A DNA stretch of 64,000 nt, taken from assembly GCF_009914755.1 (NCBI RefSeq), contig NC_060947.1. The stretch is one strand, 5' to 3'. The first letter of the stretch is position 1. The number at the start of each line of letters is the position of its first letter. The notes beneath the pieces are model-generated. The model was not told the DNA's origin, searched no databases, and was given only the letters and a program-made list of their open reading frames with translations. The translations under genes and the position numbers were made by a program. Source of the DNA: the human T2T-CHM13v2.0 reference genome, Homo sapiens. Below, piece by piece: positions 14,363 to 28,326 of this stretch.

Positions 14363-14644
14363 TGACAGGGTCTTGCTCTGTTGCACATACTGGAGTGCAG
14401 TGGAACAATCATGGCTCACTGCAGCCTTAATCTCATAGGCTCAAGTGATCCTCCCTCCTCAGTCTCCTGAGTAGCTAAGACTACAGGTGCATGTCACCAT
14501 GGCTGGTTGATGTTTAATTTTTTTTGTAGAGATAGGGATCTCATCTTGTGTCCCAGGCTGGATGTGAACTCCCAGGCTCAAGTGGTCCTCCCACCTTGGC
14601 CTCCCAAAGTGCTGGGATTACAGGAATGAGTCACCACACCCAGC
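14363..14644 (-). mobile_element. AluJ
   Basis: gacagggtcttgctc, atcatggctcactgcagcc, ggctcaagtgatcctccc (J diagnostics); TSD tggcattgacttttt at 14033-14047 and 14645-14659. Confidence 0.92.
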
Positions 14645-17600
14645 TGGCATTGACTTTTTGAAGAGTCCGTGCTAGTTGTTTTTTATAATGTACCTTATTC
14701 CAAATTTGTCCCATGTTGTGTCGATTTACACTTAATTACACTTAATGTAATTACTGATATATTTGTTTTATTTGTCTTGCATTTTAAGGTATCACTTTCT
14801 CTGTCTGCCTCTCTTTCGTCTTCTTTTGGATGTATTAAGTATTGTGCCCCTCAATTACTTTGGGATTAATACTCTATTTATCTTTTTTAAAGGTTTACCC
14901 TAGAAGTGACAATTTCTAGGTTGTATATGTATCAAAGTCCAAAGTAATCAATATCCTTACCAGTTTTCTATACAATTACAAAGACCTTAAGAATGCTTTA
15001 ACTTCTTTCACCCTATCTCACTTACATCATATTACCAATGTGTATTTCTTTCAATTCTATATTTTAAATGCCACAGTATGAAAGAGATGCATGTTGCCTA
15101 CCCACCAGCCCAAGCTGAGGCTACCAAGGCAGCCCCACTCTTTCCAGTGGCAGAGTCTCAGCATGGCTGCTACCACCCCTCACCTGAACACTCCACCTGG
15201 ATACTGAATATTACCCTACCCCCACCTAACAGAGCTGGTGCTTGCACTCACCATTGGGGTCCTGAGCACAAGCTGCAGAGCCGAGCTTCTGCTCTGAGAG
15301 AGAACACATAGCCTGAGGTCCTGGGGATTATCTAACCCAATCCACCACCGTGGGCCCCAGTCCTCCTGGGGGCCTGAGGTTGGGCCTAAACTCCCAACCA
15401 CTACCACTTCAGCTGGTACCTGCCTGCAAGCACCACATATGGGCCTGGACATGGGCCTACCCAGCCCATTGCAGCTACTATCAACGTCAGTGCACACTGC
15501 TCAAGACCCAGACAATTGTCCGTCCACTGCTACTGCCATCACCCACACCATGCCAGCTGCCCAGGGACTGAAGAACCTGCTCACCCACCTGGTCCACTGC
15601 TGGCATTATCAGCATCCAAGCAAGACACCTGGAGGCCTAAGAATAGGCCCACTGACAACAGCCAACACCAGTGCCAGTGTAAAATGCTCTAGGGCACAAA
15701 GATATGCATGCTCAGCCCACTGGTGCCACCACCGCAGCCTTAAGACTAGCACACCTGTTGTTCCAGTCCCCAGCACAACTTCACCACAGCCTTCACTAAT
15801 AACCATACCCTAACACACCAAGGAAACCATAAACACCACTAATGCTGTTTACAGCCAAAGAAATCACACAGAGACTATAGCACTATGAACAGAATCAAAG
15901 TCAAAGTACCATACACAGCCAATATCTTAGATACATCTTCAGAAAAATATCCTTCCCTATGAAAGTAAATTCAAAAATAGGAAGAAATGATTGTTACACC
16001 AGATGCACAGTTACCAACACAAGGACACAAGAAATATGAAAAAGCAAGGAAATATGACACTTGCAAAGGAACACAATAATTCTACAACAATAGATCTTAA
16101 TCAAAAAGACACTTTTGAAATTCCAGAGAAAGAATTCAAAATATTGATTTTAAAGAAGCTGGGTGAGATATAAGATAATTCCGAAAAACAATACAAAGAA
16201 ATCAAAACACAGTTAAGGATAAGAATGAACAATATTACTAAAGAGATAAGTATTTTTAAAAAGAACCAAATAGATTAGGTGGAATAAAGAACCTCAAAAC
16301 TTGAAGTCAGTTCTTTTTAAATAAACCAGTCAGGTAGGAATAAAGAAATAAGAATTTTAAAAAGAATGAGCGAAGCTTTGTGTCATTTGGGACAACATAA
16401 ATTGATCAAATCTTAAAAATTATTGTTAGCCCCAAGGATGAAGAGACAAAGAAAGGATTAGAAAACCTATTTAAAGAATAGGTGAAAACTTCCCAAGTCT
16501 AGTGAGAGATTTACATAATCAGATACAGGAGGCTCAGTGATCCCTAGGTAGATATAATGCAAAGAAATCTTCTCCATGACACATTATAGTCAGAAAGTCT
16601 AAAGTCAAATATAAAGAGCAAATCCTGAAAACAGTAAGAGAAAAGTGTCTAGTCACTTCTAAATGAAACCCTATCAAATTAACAGTGGATTGCTCAGCAG
16701 AACCTTACAGGCCAGAAGAGAAAGGGAATAAATATATTCGAAGTGCTGAAAGAAAAAAATTGCCAGCCAAGAATACTACATCCCTCAAAATTATCCTTCA
16801 TCAATGAAGAAGAAATAAAAAATCTTTCACAGATAAGCAAATGCTGAGGGAATTCTTTATGACTAGACTGACCCTACAAGAAATGCTCAAGTGAGTCCTA
16901 AACCTGGAAGCAAAAGGACAATATTTAAGATCATGAAAGAACATGAAAGTATAAAACTCACAGATAAACCAGTCAATCAAAGAAGGAAAAGAAAGGACTG
17001 AAGCGGTAACACTATAGCAATCTACCAAACCTCAAAAACAATTAAAAAGAGAAAAAGAAATAAACAAAGAATATATAAAACAACCAGAAAACCATTAACA
17101 AAATTACAGAAACAGAGCTTCACATATTAATAATAACCTTGAATGTAAATGGATTATATTTTCCACTTAAAATATATTAAATGGCTGAATGAATTTTTAA
17201 AAAAACATGATGCAACTATATGCCATGTATAAGAAACTCACCCTAACAGTAAAGACACATATAGACTGAAAGTAAAGGGATGGCAAAAGATATTCCATAC
17301 AAATGGGAAATAGTAGTAAGCAGGAATAGCTATACCTATATCAGATAAAAGAGAGTTTAAGTCAAGAACAGTTAAAAAAAAAAGGCAGAGAAGGTCATTA
17401 TGTAATGATAAATGGAACAATCCAGCAAGAAGATACGACAACTCCAAATATATATGCACCCCATACTGTAGCTTCCAGATTCATAAAGCAAATATTCCAA
17501 AGAGAGAAATAGATGACAATACAATCAAAGTGGGGGTTTCAACACTCCACTCTCAGCATTTAGACACATCATCTAGACAGAAAATCAACAAAGAAACATT

Positions 17601-17902
17601 GGGTATAAATAGGGCTTCAGACCCAATAAACCTAACAGACATTTACAAAACATCCTACCCAACAACTGCAGGTTATACATCCTGCAGTTATACATGGACC
17701 ATTCTCCAGGATAGATCATGTGTTAGGTCACAATATAAGTCTCAACAAATTTTAAAAATTGAAATAATATCAGTTTTCTTTTCAGACCACTTTGGAATAA
17801 AACTAGAAATCAATACAAAGAGGAAGATTGGAAACTCTGAAAATACATGGAAATTAAATAACATGCTCCTGAGTGGCCACTGGGTCAATGAAGAAATTAT
17901 GA

Positions 17903-18992
<1,090 letters not shown>

Positions 18993-21721
18993 AATTTATT
19001 GAAATGAAAATGTAAACACAACATACATATTCAGCAAAAATAGTGCTATGAGAGAAGTTTATAGCAATAAATGCCTACATTAAAAACGTAGAAAAATAAA
19101 AATTTAACAATCTAGCAATGCACCTCAAGGAACTAGAAAAGCAAGAACAAACCAAATCGAAAGTTAGCAGAAGAAAAAAAATAGCAAAGATCAGAGCAGA
19201 ACTAAACAGAGACTACAAAAGCAAACATAAGGGCCCAACAAAATGTAAAACTGCTTCTTTGAAAAGATACACAAAATTTGTAAACTGCTAGCTAGTCTAA
19301 CCAAGAAAAGACCCAAATAAAATCAGAAATGAAAAAAAGACACTACAATTGATATCACAAAAATACACAAGATCATCAGAGATTATTATGGACAACTATA
19401 CACTGACACACTGGAAATCCTAGAAGAAATGGATAAATTCCTGGAAACATACTACTTACCAAGATTGAATCAGGAAGAAATAGAAAACCTGAACAGACCA
19501 ATAATGAGTAGTGAGATTGAATCAGTAATAAAAATTCTCCCTACGAAGAAAAGCCCAGGACCAGATGGATACACAGCCAAATTCTAACAATCGTACAAGA
19601 CAGAAATAATACCAATCCTCCTGAAACTATTCCAGAAAATCCAAGGGTAGGAAATTCTCCCTAATTCATTCCTCGAGGACAGCATCACCCTGATATGAAA
19701 ATCAGACAAGGATTCAACCAAAAAAGAAAACTGCTGGCAAATATCCCTGGTGAAGATTGATTGAAAAACAATTTAAAAAATACTAGCAAATCCAATTCAA
19801 CAGTACGTCAAAAATATAATACACATGGGTCCATTGGGATTGAAGGCAAGGAAGGCACAACCTTTGCAAATCAATAAATGTGATACATTACATCAACAGA
19901 TTGAAGGACAAAACAATATGACCATCTCAATAGATGCAGAAAAGGCATTTGATAAAATTTAACATCCCTTCGTGATTGAAACTCTCAACAAACTAGGCAT
20001 AGAAGGAATATACCGTAGCATAATAAAGGCCATATACTTCAAATCCACTGCAAACATCATATTAAATGAAGAAAAGCTGAAATCCTTTCCTCTAAAAACT
20101 GGAACAAGACAAGGATGTTGACTTTCACCACTCCTATTCAACATAGTACTGGAGGTCCTATTAAGAGCAATCAAGCAAGTGAAAAATAAAAAAGGCATCC
20201 AAATGGGAAAAGAAGCAGTCAAATTGCCCCTCTTTACCGATATATCTATCTAGAGAAGCTTAAAGAATGAATTCAGTGAAGTTGCAGGATACAAAATCAA
20301 TGTACAAGAATCAGTAGCCTTTCTACACACCGATAATGATCTAACCAGGAAAGAAAGAAAGAAAGCAATTCCATTTACATTTGGTAAAATAAGTAAAATA
20401 CATAGGAATAAATTTAACCAAGGAGGATTGATTCTACAAGGAAACCTACAAAACACTGTTGAAAGAAATGCAGGTGATAGAAACAAATGGAAAAATATTT
20501 TATACTCATGGATCAGAAGAATTAATATTGTTAAAGTCATCGTATTGCCCAAAGGAATCTATACATTCAACATAATCGCTATCAAAATGCCAATGCAATT
20601 TTTTCACAGAATTAGAAAACAAATCCTAAAATGTATATGAAACCAAAAAAGAGCCTGAATAGCCATTGCAACCCTGACCTAAAAACAAAGCTGGAGGCAT
20701 CACATTACCTGACTTCAAAATATATTACAAGGCTGTAGTAACCCAAACTGCATTATATTGTTATGAAAATATAGACCAATGGAACAGAATAGAGAACCCA
20801 GAAATAAAGCCACATCTTCATAGCCAATTGATCTTCAACAAAGCTGACAAGAGCTTACACTGGGGAAAGGTAATCCTCTTCATTAAATGGTGCTGGAAAA
20901 ATTGGATAGCCACATGTAGAAGAATGAAACTGGACCCGTATTTCTCACCATATACAAAAATTAACTCAGGATGGATTAAAGACTTAAATCTTCTTTTGCA
21001 CAGGAAAAGAAACTATCAACAGAGTAAACAGACAACCTACAGAATGGGAGAAAATATTCGTGAACTGTGCATCCAACAAAGGTCTAATATCCAGAATCTA
21101 CAAGGAACTTAAGCAATTCAACAAGCTAAAATTTTATGTAAATATAAGACCTGAAAATATAAAACTACTAGAAGAAATTCCAGGGGAAAACTCTCCTGGA
21201 CATTGGTCTAGGCAAAGAATTTGACTAAGACCTCAAAAGCACAGGCAACAAAAACAAAAATAGCCAAATGGGGCTATATTAAATAAAAAGCTTCTGAACA
21301 GCAAACGAAGCAATCAACAGAGGGAATAAACAACTTGTTGAATGGGAGACAATTTTTGCAAAGTATTTATCTGACAGGGGACTAATATTGAGAATACAAA
21401 AGGAACTCAAACAACAGGAAAAAACAAACAAAACAAAATAAAACTCCAATTAATCCCGTTTAAAGTAAGCAAAAGACCTGAATAGACATTTCTCATAAAA
21501 AAGACATACAAATGGTATATGTAAAATGCTCAACATCGCTAATCATCAGAGAAATGCAGATGAAAACCACAATGAGATATCATCTTATCCCAGTCAAAAT
21601 GGCTATTAATAAAAAGACAAAAAACAACAGATGTTGGCAAGGATAAAAAAAATAAGGGAACTCTTATATGCTGTTGTGAACATAATCTAGTACAGCCACC
21701 AGAAAACTGTATGGATATTTA

Positions 21722-21778
21722 AAAGAAAGAGAGAAAGAGAAAGAGAGAGAGAGAAAGAGAAAGAAAGAAAGAAAGAAA
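21722..21778. repeat. (GA)n/(GAAA)n simple repeat inside L1
   Basis: Direct reading. Confidence 0.85.
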
Positions 21779-23846
21779 CTAAACATAGCATCACCATACA
21801 ACCCAGCAATTCCACTACTAGGTATCTATCCAAAGGTAAAGAAATCAATATATCAAAGAAATACCTACACTTGCCTGTTTATTGCAGCAGTATTCATAAT
21901 CACAAAGATATGCAATTAACCTAAGTGTGTATCAACAGGTGAATGGATAAAGAAAATGTGGTACATATACAGAATGGAATACTACTTAGCCATAAAAACT
22001 AGTGAAATCATGTCATTTGCAGCAACATGGATGGAACTCGATGTCATTCTCTTAAGTGAAATAAGCCAGCCACAGATTGACAAATATTGCATGTTCTCAC
22101 TTGTATGTGGGAGCTAAAAAATTGACCATATGGAGGTAGACAGTGGAAAGACAGAGAACAGAGACTGGGAAGGGTAAGTGTCAAGGAGGGGGAGGATGAA
22201 GAGAACTGGGTTCTTAGCATATTAAAGATGTCATTCCGTGGTCTTCTGGCTTTGATTATTGCTTCTGAGAACTAATCTGTAAATTAATTTTCACTCTCTT
22301 GAAGGCGGTCTGTCTTGTCTTTTTTGATGCTTTTAAGGCCTTTCCTTTACTTTTATGTTATGCAGTTATGTTCTGCTGCACCTAGTTTCAGGTTTTATTT
22401 TTATGCCATTGAATCTGTTTGGTTTCTTGAATCACAAATATCTGTAGATTTTTCTTGAGAAATCTTAGCCGTTGTCTCTTTAGTATTGTCTTTATTCCCT
22501 CTCTCACCTCTTCTAGAATCCCAATTTCCTTTATGTTATTCTTCCTCACTCTTTCTTCCATGTCTCTTAATGATTATTTCACAGTTTCCATGTTTTATCT
22601 CTATGCCACATTATATATAATTTCTTTTTAGCTTTACTAAGTCTTTTAACTTTATACTGTCTCTCTTCAGCTCTATCTAGTCTGTTGTGAAGCCCATCCA
22701 TTGAGTTTTAAATTTCAATTACTATAGCTTTTACTTCTAGAATTTATATTTTATTTCGATTGAGCTATGTCATTTTCATACAATTGCTGGCTCCCTTTAT
22801 TATTTTTAAGTTAGAAAAATTCTTCTATAATTGTAAAGATAGTTACTATATATTTTTTATCTGATAATTCCAATGTGTGAAATATTTAGTGAGTACTTTC
22901 TGTTGTCATATGTTTCTTTTGGCTTTTGCTTATGGTTTTTTTTCTTGTATGCTTAATGGTTTTTAATTAGGAAATCTCATCTTCCTTTAAAAAAATGATA
23001 CATTAGAATTATTTGAAGTTTACTATGAAGGCATGTTTTTTCTACGTAGAGTCAGTATGTATTTTTGCCCAGCCTCTAGAAGGTCAATGCAGTCAGAGTC
23101 CACTCAGGTAATGCTAATTTGGATTGCAAATCTGGCCAGTTTGTGGTGAGTTTTTTAAGGGTTTTTTTTCCTGTACTTCTCTGCTAAGCACCAAGAGATC
23201 TTTTCTTCCACCTCCCTGGGTGTGGGATTGTGAGGTACATTTATGCGTGGTACACCCTTATAGTAAAAGAAATTATAAAACAAAACCCAAAAATTATCCA
23301 AGTTTGGCATATGTCCTCCGGGAAAAAGTAGTTTCATTGATCAGTTCATTTTTTGGTTTTCCCTAGATTTTGATTTGATAAATCCTACTGTGCTTCCCTT
23401 TGATGCTTTTAGGAAGAAGTTTTTACTTTTTTCCAAGCATTTTTTTTTTAAGTAAGCATTTCAGTCTGGATACCTAACTGGCCACATTATTGGAATATTT
23501 CTTATTTCTCTCTGCCATTATTTTGTAGTATGTGTCTCCTTGGAACACCTGAATCAAAATTACTTAGAGATGTTTATTAAAATTTCAGATTCTGCTATTC
23601 AACTTCAGCTTACTGGAAGAATCTTTACGATGGGTTGCTGGTATGTAAATTTTTGTGAGGTTCTTTAGGTGACCCTAATTCATACAGAATTTGTTTTTAT
23701 TTGTACTTTTAAGTCTAATATCTGCTGTTTTAATTGTAGCAGCATGAGATCTAAATTTATTATTTTTTATATTTATTCTAGCACCATATGTTGAAAAATT
23801 CATTGTTTTCACATCTATTTGACGTCAACTTTTATCATATAGTAGT

Positions 23847-23868
23847 TGTGTGTGTGTGTGTGTGTGTG
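23847..23868. repeat. (TG)n microsatellite
   Basis: Direct reading. Confidence 0.9.
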
Positions 23869-24552
23869 CACGTGCTTGCATGTGTAAATCTGTTTCTGGC
23901 CTTCCTATTTTTGTTAACTGAATACCATACTATTTTAATTATTGTAGTGTTGTGATGTGTTTTACTGTGTGATAATACAAAACTTTCCTTACTCATTTAT
24001 TACTTTCTCCCACAATAAAAATTTAAAATATTACTGTAGTTTCATCATTTTCTTGCTTCTTTCATCTTCAGTGATTTCGAAAAATTAGTTTTTTTCATAT
24101 GAACTTAGCCTTTTAGACTGAGGTACTTAATGTTCATTTTACTTCTTTGCCCCAATCAATTTTGTATTTTAATCATGCTTAGCATGGCAATTTTTCCTCT
24201 AGGTAGCTTTCTGTCTATCCTTCCAAGTTGAAGTCCAGGTATTCACTTTCTCCACAGAGCCTTTGTCAATACTTTCAGGCTCAAGGGAACTGTTTTTCTT
24301 AACTTTGATAGCAATTATTGACTATACCACTCATTTTTACCTGGCAAATCCTACAGAATCACAGAGAGTGAAATCTGGAAGCTACCTAAGGAGATCATAT
24401 TGTCTATGTATGCCATTTTACAAATGAGAAAACAGCCAAAGAGTATGGAAATGATTTGTCCATGGTCAAATGTTTCAACTTCTGAAGTAAAATTATGATA
24501 TACCGCTGTATCATTATTCCATTGTATTTTGATATTCTTTTCATATGTCCTG

Positions 24553-24612
24553 AAAATACCCAGTTACTTAAAAAATAAAATACCTAGTTACTTAAAAAAA
24601 CAAAAAACCTAG
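24553..24612. repeat. 24-bp tandem repeat, about 2.5 copies
   Basis: aaaatacc(c/t)agttacttaaaaaa units. Confidence 0.8.
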
Positions 24613-27332
24613 ACTGGAAGTTCCTTAAAGGTAGCACCTGCATGTACTTTTGTACAACTCATAGAACTATTATTGTGCTTGTGTTTATTAGACACCTAAT
24701 CAATATTAATAGATGTTGGTAAAAAAACAAATTGTTCCATTAACCAGATGTCAAACTGGGGCTATCTCCTTGTGGGCGCCACTGTTATAACTGTATAGAA
24801 AGTGGCATCTAGTGGTTGGTGTGCGTATTACAATTGCCTGTTTTGTTTTAACCTATGAGTACCAGAGTCATTCTCATAACCTAGGTGGAATAAATAGACT
24901 ATAAATTAAAATTTTAAATTGAATTTAAACACATTTATCTATAATTCACAACTGTTTTAATCTGTGCTCTCTCTAAAGTAAAGCTACATGTTAATAAAAA
25001 ATTGCAAAAAATTATACAAAATTACTTGTAAAATGACATGCGAGAGTATTTAAGGTTTTGCTTGTTTATAAATTATATTAGGAGTTAGGGGCTATCGTTG
25101 GATACTGAGAAGTCAAAATGCAATTATAAAGAAAGGTCACATAGAAACTTGTTCATATCAATGAAATCCTGTCAGGTTATTGCTTTGCATTATTTTTAGG
25201 AGCTTAATTTGTATTTAAAAGAAGAAGATCTCTCAATAAAGGCTGAAGATGGAAAGCTACACTGTCTTCTACTCGCAACAACAAAAACCCATGCACATAT
25301 ATTCACATATAAAGTTCAGACATGCATTTCAGTGTCAAATGTTAATTATTCTTACATTAACAGCCATTTGGGGTTATCACTACTCTTTACCTCTCCATTA
25401 ATGCATGAGTGTTGACAATATGCACAATTTAATTCAGGGACTACGACTGTTGACAGTTACTGTCTTGTGAACTTGTGAATCAGTATCTTCTTGTGAAACG
25501 GTATCTTCTAAATTTTATAAAATCCATAGTCTGGAACTTAAAATTTATGTTTGCAGAAAAATATTATATATTTTTAATTAACCTCTGTTTCCTGCACATT
25601 GTAATATAATTTTTTGTAGATGGGTTCATCCTTCCCATTAGAGAGCAATGATGTACTTTGTACTTCTACTTGCACCTAACATAACATAGTGGCTGTCACA
25701 TAACAGGTGATCAATAAGTATTTCTTGAATTAGTTACACATGTTGGAGGGAGCTGTGTGTTACTCATCTTAGAAGTCTAGTGCCTAACAATTTTTCTGTC
25801 CTCTAGTAATATTCAATTCATATTTGATGAATGAGTAAGTCTGAATAAGCCTATTTAATCTGTAGTGTAGTTAGCGTAAAATACTAAAATCAGTATATAA
25901 CCCCCAAACATCTATGAATAATAAATAATAGCGGCATAGCAGACTTTCTGTTTGACGTGTCAGGAGCACAGCTTTCACTGGAGCAGCCTCTTGTAGTGTG
26001 AGTGAGAGATTACTGCAACATCAAGCCATTGTAGTTTGCTCTTATAATCAGGAAAAGAGGTTTCAGTATGAAGGTGACTTTTAGTTGCAGCTGAGTGAGT
26101 TAGGAGTTCTGACCAGAAGGATAAGGTCAGTACTTTCAAAAGGGTTGAGGAGGGTACTTTGGTAGTGACTAGAGTAAAGGAAATCATGGAATGTTGAGCA
26201 GCAGGCTAAGGTATTTTATATCAAAGGCCCTCAAGATTGATGGGCATTATTTGGTATTTATGTCACATGAAGGTTTCAGTAACTCAGTCTGGTATCTATC
26301 TGATGAAAAGAATGCCACCTCCTTGTAAGTAAACACTGAGCTATCCATGTATATTAAACTAACTTGTTTTTCTAAGCAGTTCATTTTCTAAGAGTAAAGG
26401 ATAGTACTGAATGGCAGAAGTCACATACTGTATTCTTTTCCTCTATAGGTTTTCTATTTTGGAGGAGGATATTTTTCTGGCTTGAGGACCTCAATTCCTA
26501 ATATGATTGAATGCCTGTTTAGAACATCTAGACTGTGGGAGCAGCATTTATGGTAAAGCTGTTAGAGACTGAGCTATTATTAGTGATGAAGGAGTAGGAG
26601 CAAAGAAAAGAAAGAAAGGTGGTAAAAGATAGTGTTATATATTTTATGCTCCATGATTGCTCATGAATGGAGAGAAACAAGTGACTTGAAGTGGTAGGCA
26701 TTGTTGTCTAGTTGCCAAGGTCATTGCTAATACAGAGTGAGAGGTAATTTTTTACAAGCAATGTTAGAAGAAAAAAAGGAGAGTTCCTGAGAGTTTGGAC
26801 ATGTGGCAAATCATATTACAGGGAAGTTGTATGAATTTCTTTTCCATTTTTAACATATTTTAGATTGTGCATACTGTCAACACTCATGCATTAATGAAGA
26901 GGTAAAGGGTAGTGATAACCCCAAATGGCTGTTAATGTAAGAATAATTAACTTTGAAATGTATGTCTGTACTTTATATGTGAATATATGTGCATGGGTTT
27001 TTGTTGTTGTAAGTAGAAGATGGTGTAGCTTTCCATCTTTAGCCTTTATTGAGAGATATCTCATTTTTAATGTCTTGTAAAATGATATTTTTCACTTTAA
27101 AATTATAAAAATTATGTTTGCTCATTTTGAAAAGTTAAGACAGAAGTGTATATAATAAAAGGTGCAAGCTTCCTGAGAGGTAACTGTTATTTGCAATTTC
27201 GTATATCTTTTCAGATATTTTTCTGGTATCTATCTTTCAAGTTTGGATTGTTGATTTCAGTTGAGCTGTAAGTCAGAGTCTGATTTTTGGGTTCATATTT
27301 AATGATTTTTTCCCTCTTTCTCTTCCTTATAG

Positions 27333-27392
27333 GCTTGCTATGGGTGTTCTCCAGGATCAAAGTGTGACTGCAGTGGCATAAAAGGGGAAAAG
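27333..27392 (+). CDS. COL4A5: Collagen IV alpha-5 exon 2 (60 bp, ACYGCSPGSKCDCSGIKGEK; Cys-rich start of 7S region)
   Basis: Pyrimidine tract plus ttccttatag acceptor; AAG|gtgagg donor; the peptide matches the recalled human COL4A5 N-terminus. Confidence 0.97.
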
Positions 27393-27554
27393 GTGAGGTC
27401 TTAGATTGGCATTTGAAAATTTAGTAAAGCCAGTAAACTAATGGTTTTAATAAATATTTTTTTAAAAACAGAGCTTCTATCTCAGTACTTAAGTAAGTGA
27501 AATGAATCCTATTGCATTGCTTATTTTAGAGAGCTTATAAGGATTAGATTATAT

Positions 27555-27872
27555 CTTAAGGTCAGCAAAGATTTTCTGTAAAAGGCCATATAGCAAACAT
27601 TTTAGGATTTATGGGACACATCAGTTTCTGTCACATATTCTTATTTATATAAATAGAACTTTAAAAGTGACTAAAAAATATTCTTAGCTCTTGGATCATA
27701 GAACATGAGCCTCTTGGGATCTGGATCAGGACCTCTTTCCCGTAACATATTTCTGGCGACCACAGAAGGGACTATAGTGCAGAAACCCTAGCTTAATGGC
27801 TACCTTTGGGTAAGTGTTGGGGTCCTTTAATATCTGCATTTGGCCTGAGAGCTATAATCTGCCAAACTCTGA
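27555..27872 (+). mobile_element. MER58-like hAT DNA transposon, interrupted by an ERV fragment
   Basis: ggtcagcaaagattttctgtaaaaggcca... start and ...tttggcctgagagctataatctgccaaactctg end. Confidence 0.7.
27710..27830 (+). mobile_element. ERV1 (MER41-like) LTR 3' end + primer-binding site + leader fragment
   Basis: ctcttgggatctggatcaggacctctttcccgtaaca resembles the MER41 terminus, followed by tggcgaccacagaagggac (PBS) and tgg|gtaagt. Confidence 0.75.
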
Positions 27873-27962
27873 TTGGTCTTGTTGAAGGCACTGACTTACT
27901 TAATAGGCAAAGACAGGGGAAAAACACTTAAGAAGGAAACTAAACATTTATCAAGCTACTAA

Positions 27963-28326
<364 letters not shown>

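Noticed and set aside
13859-14438. Five overlapping 130-186 aa ORFs (K/E/R-rich or F/L/S-rich)
   Set aside because: Stop-free translations of the microsatellite and Alu; no coding signal
15078-15813. GC-richer block with several ORFs, possible promoter or exon
   Set aside because: CpG-depleted 5'UTR of the old L1 that continues into ORF1
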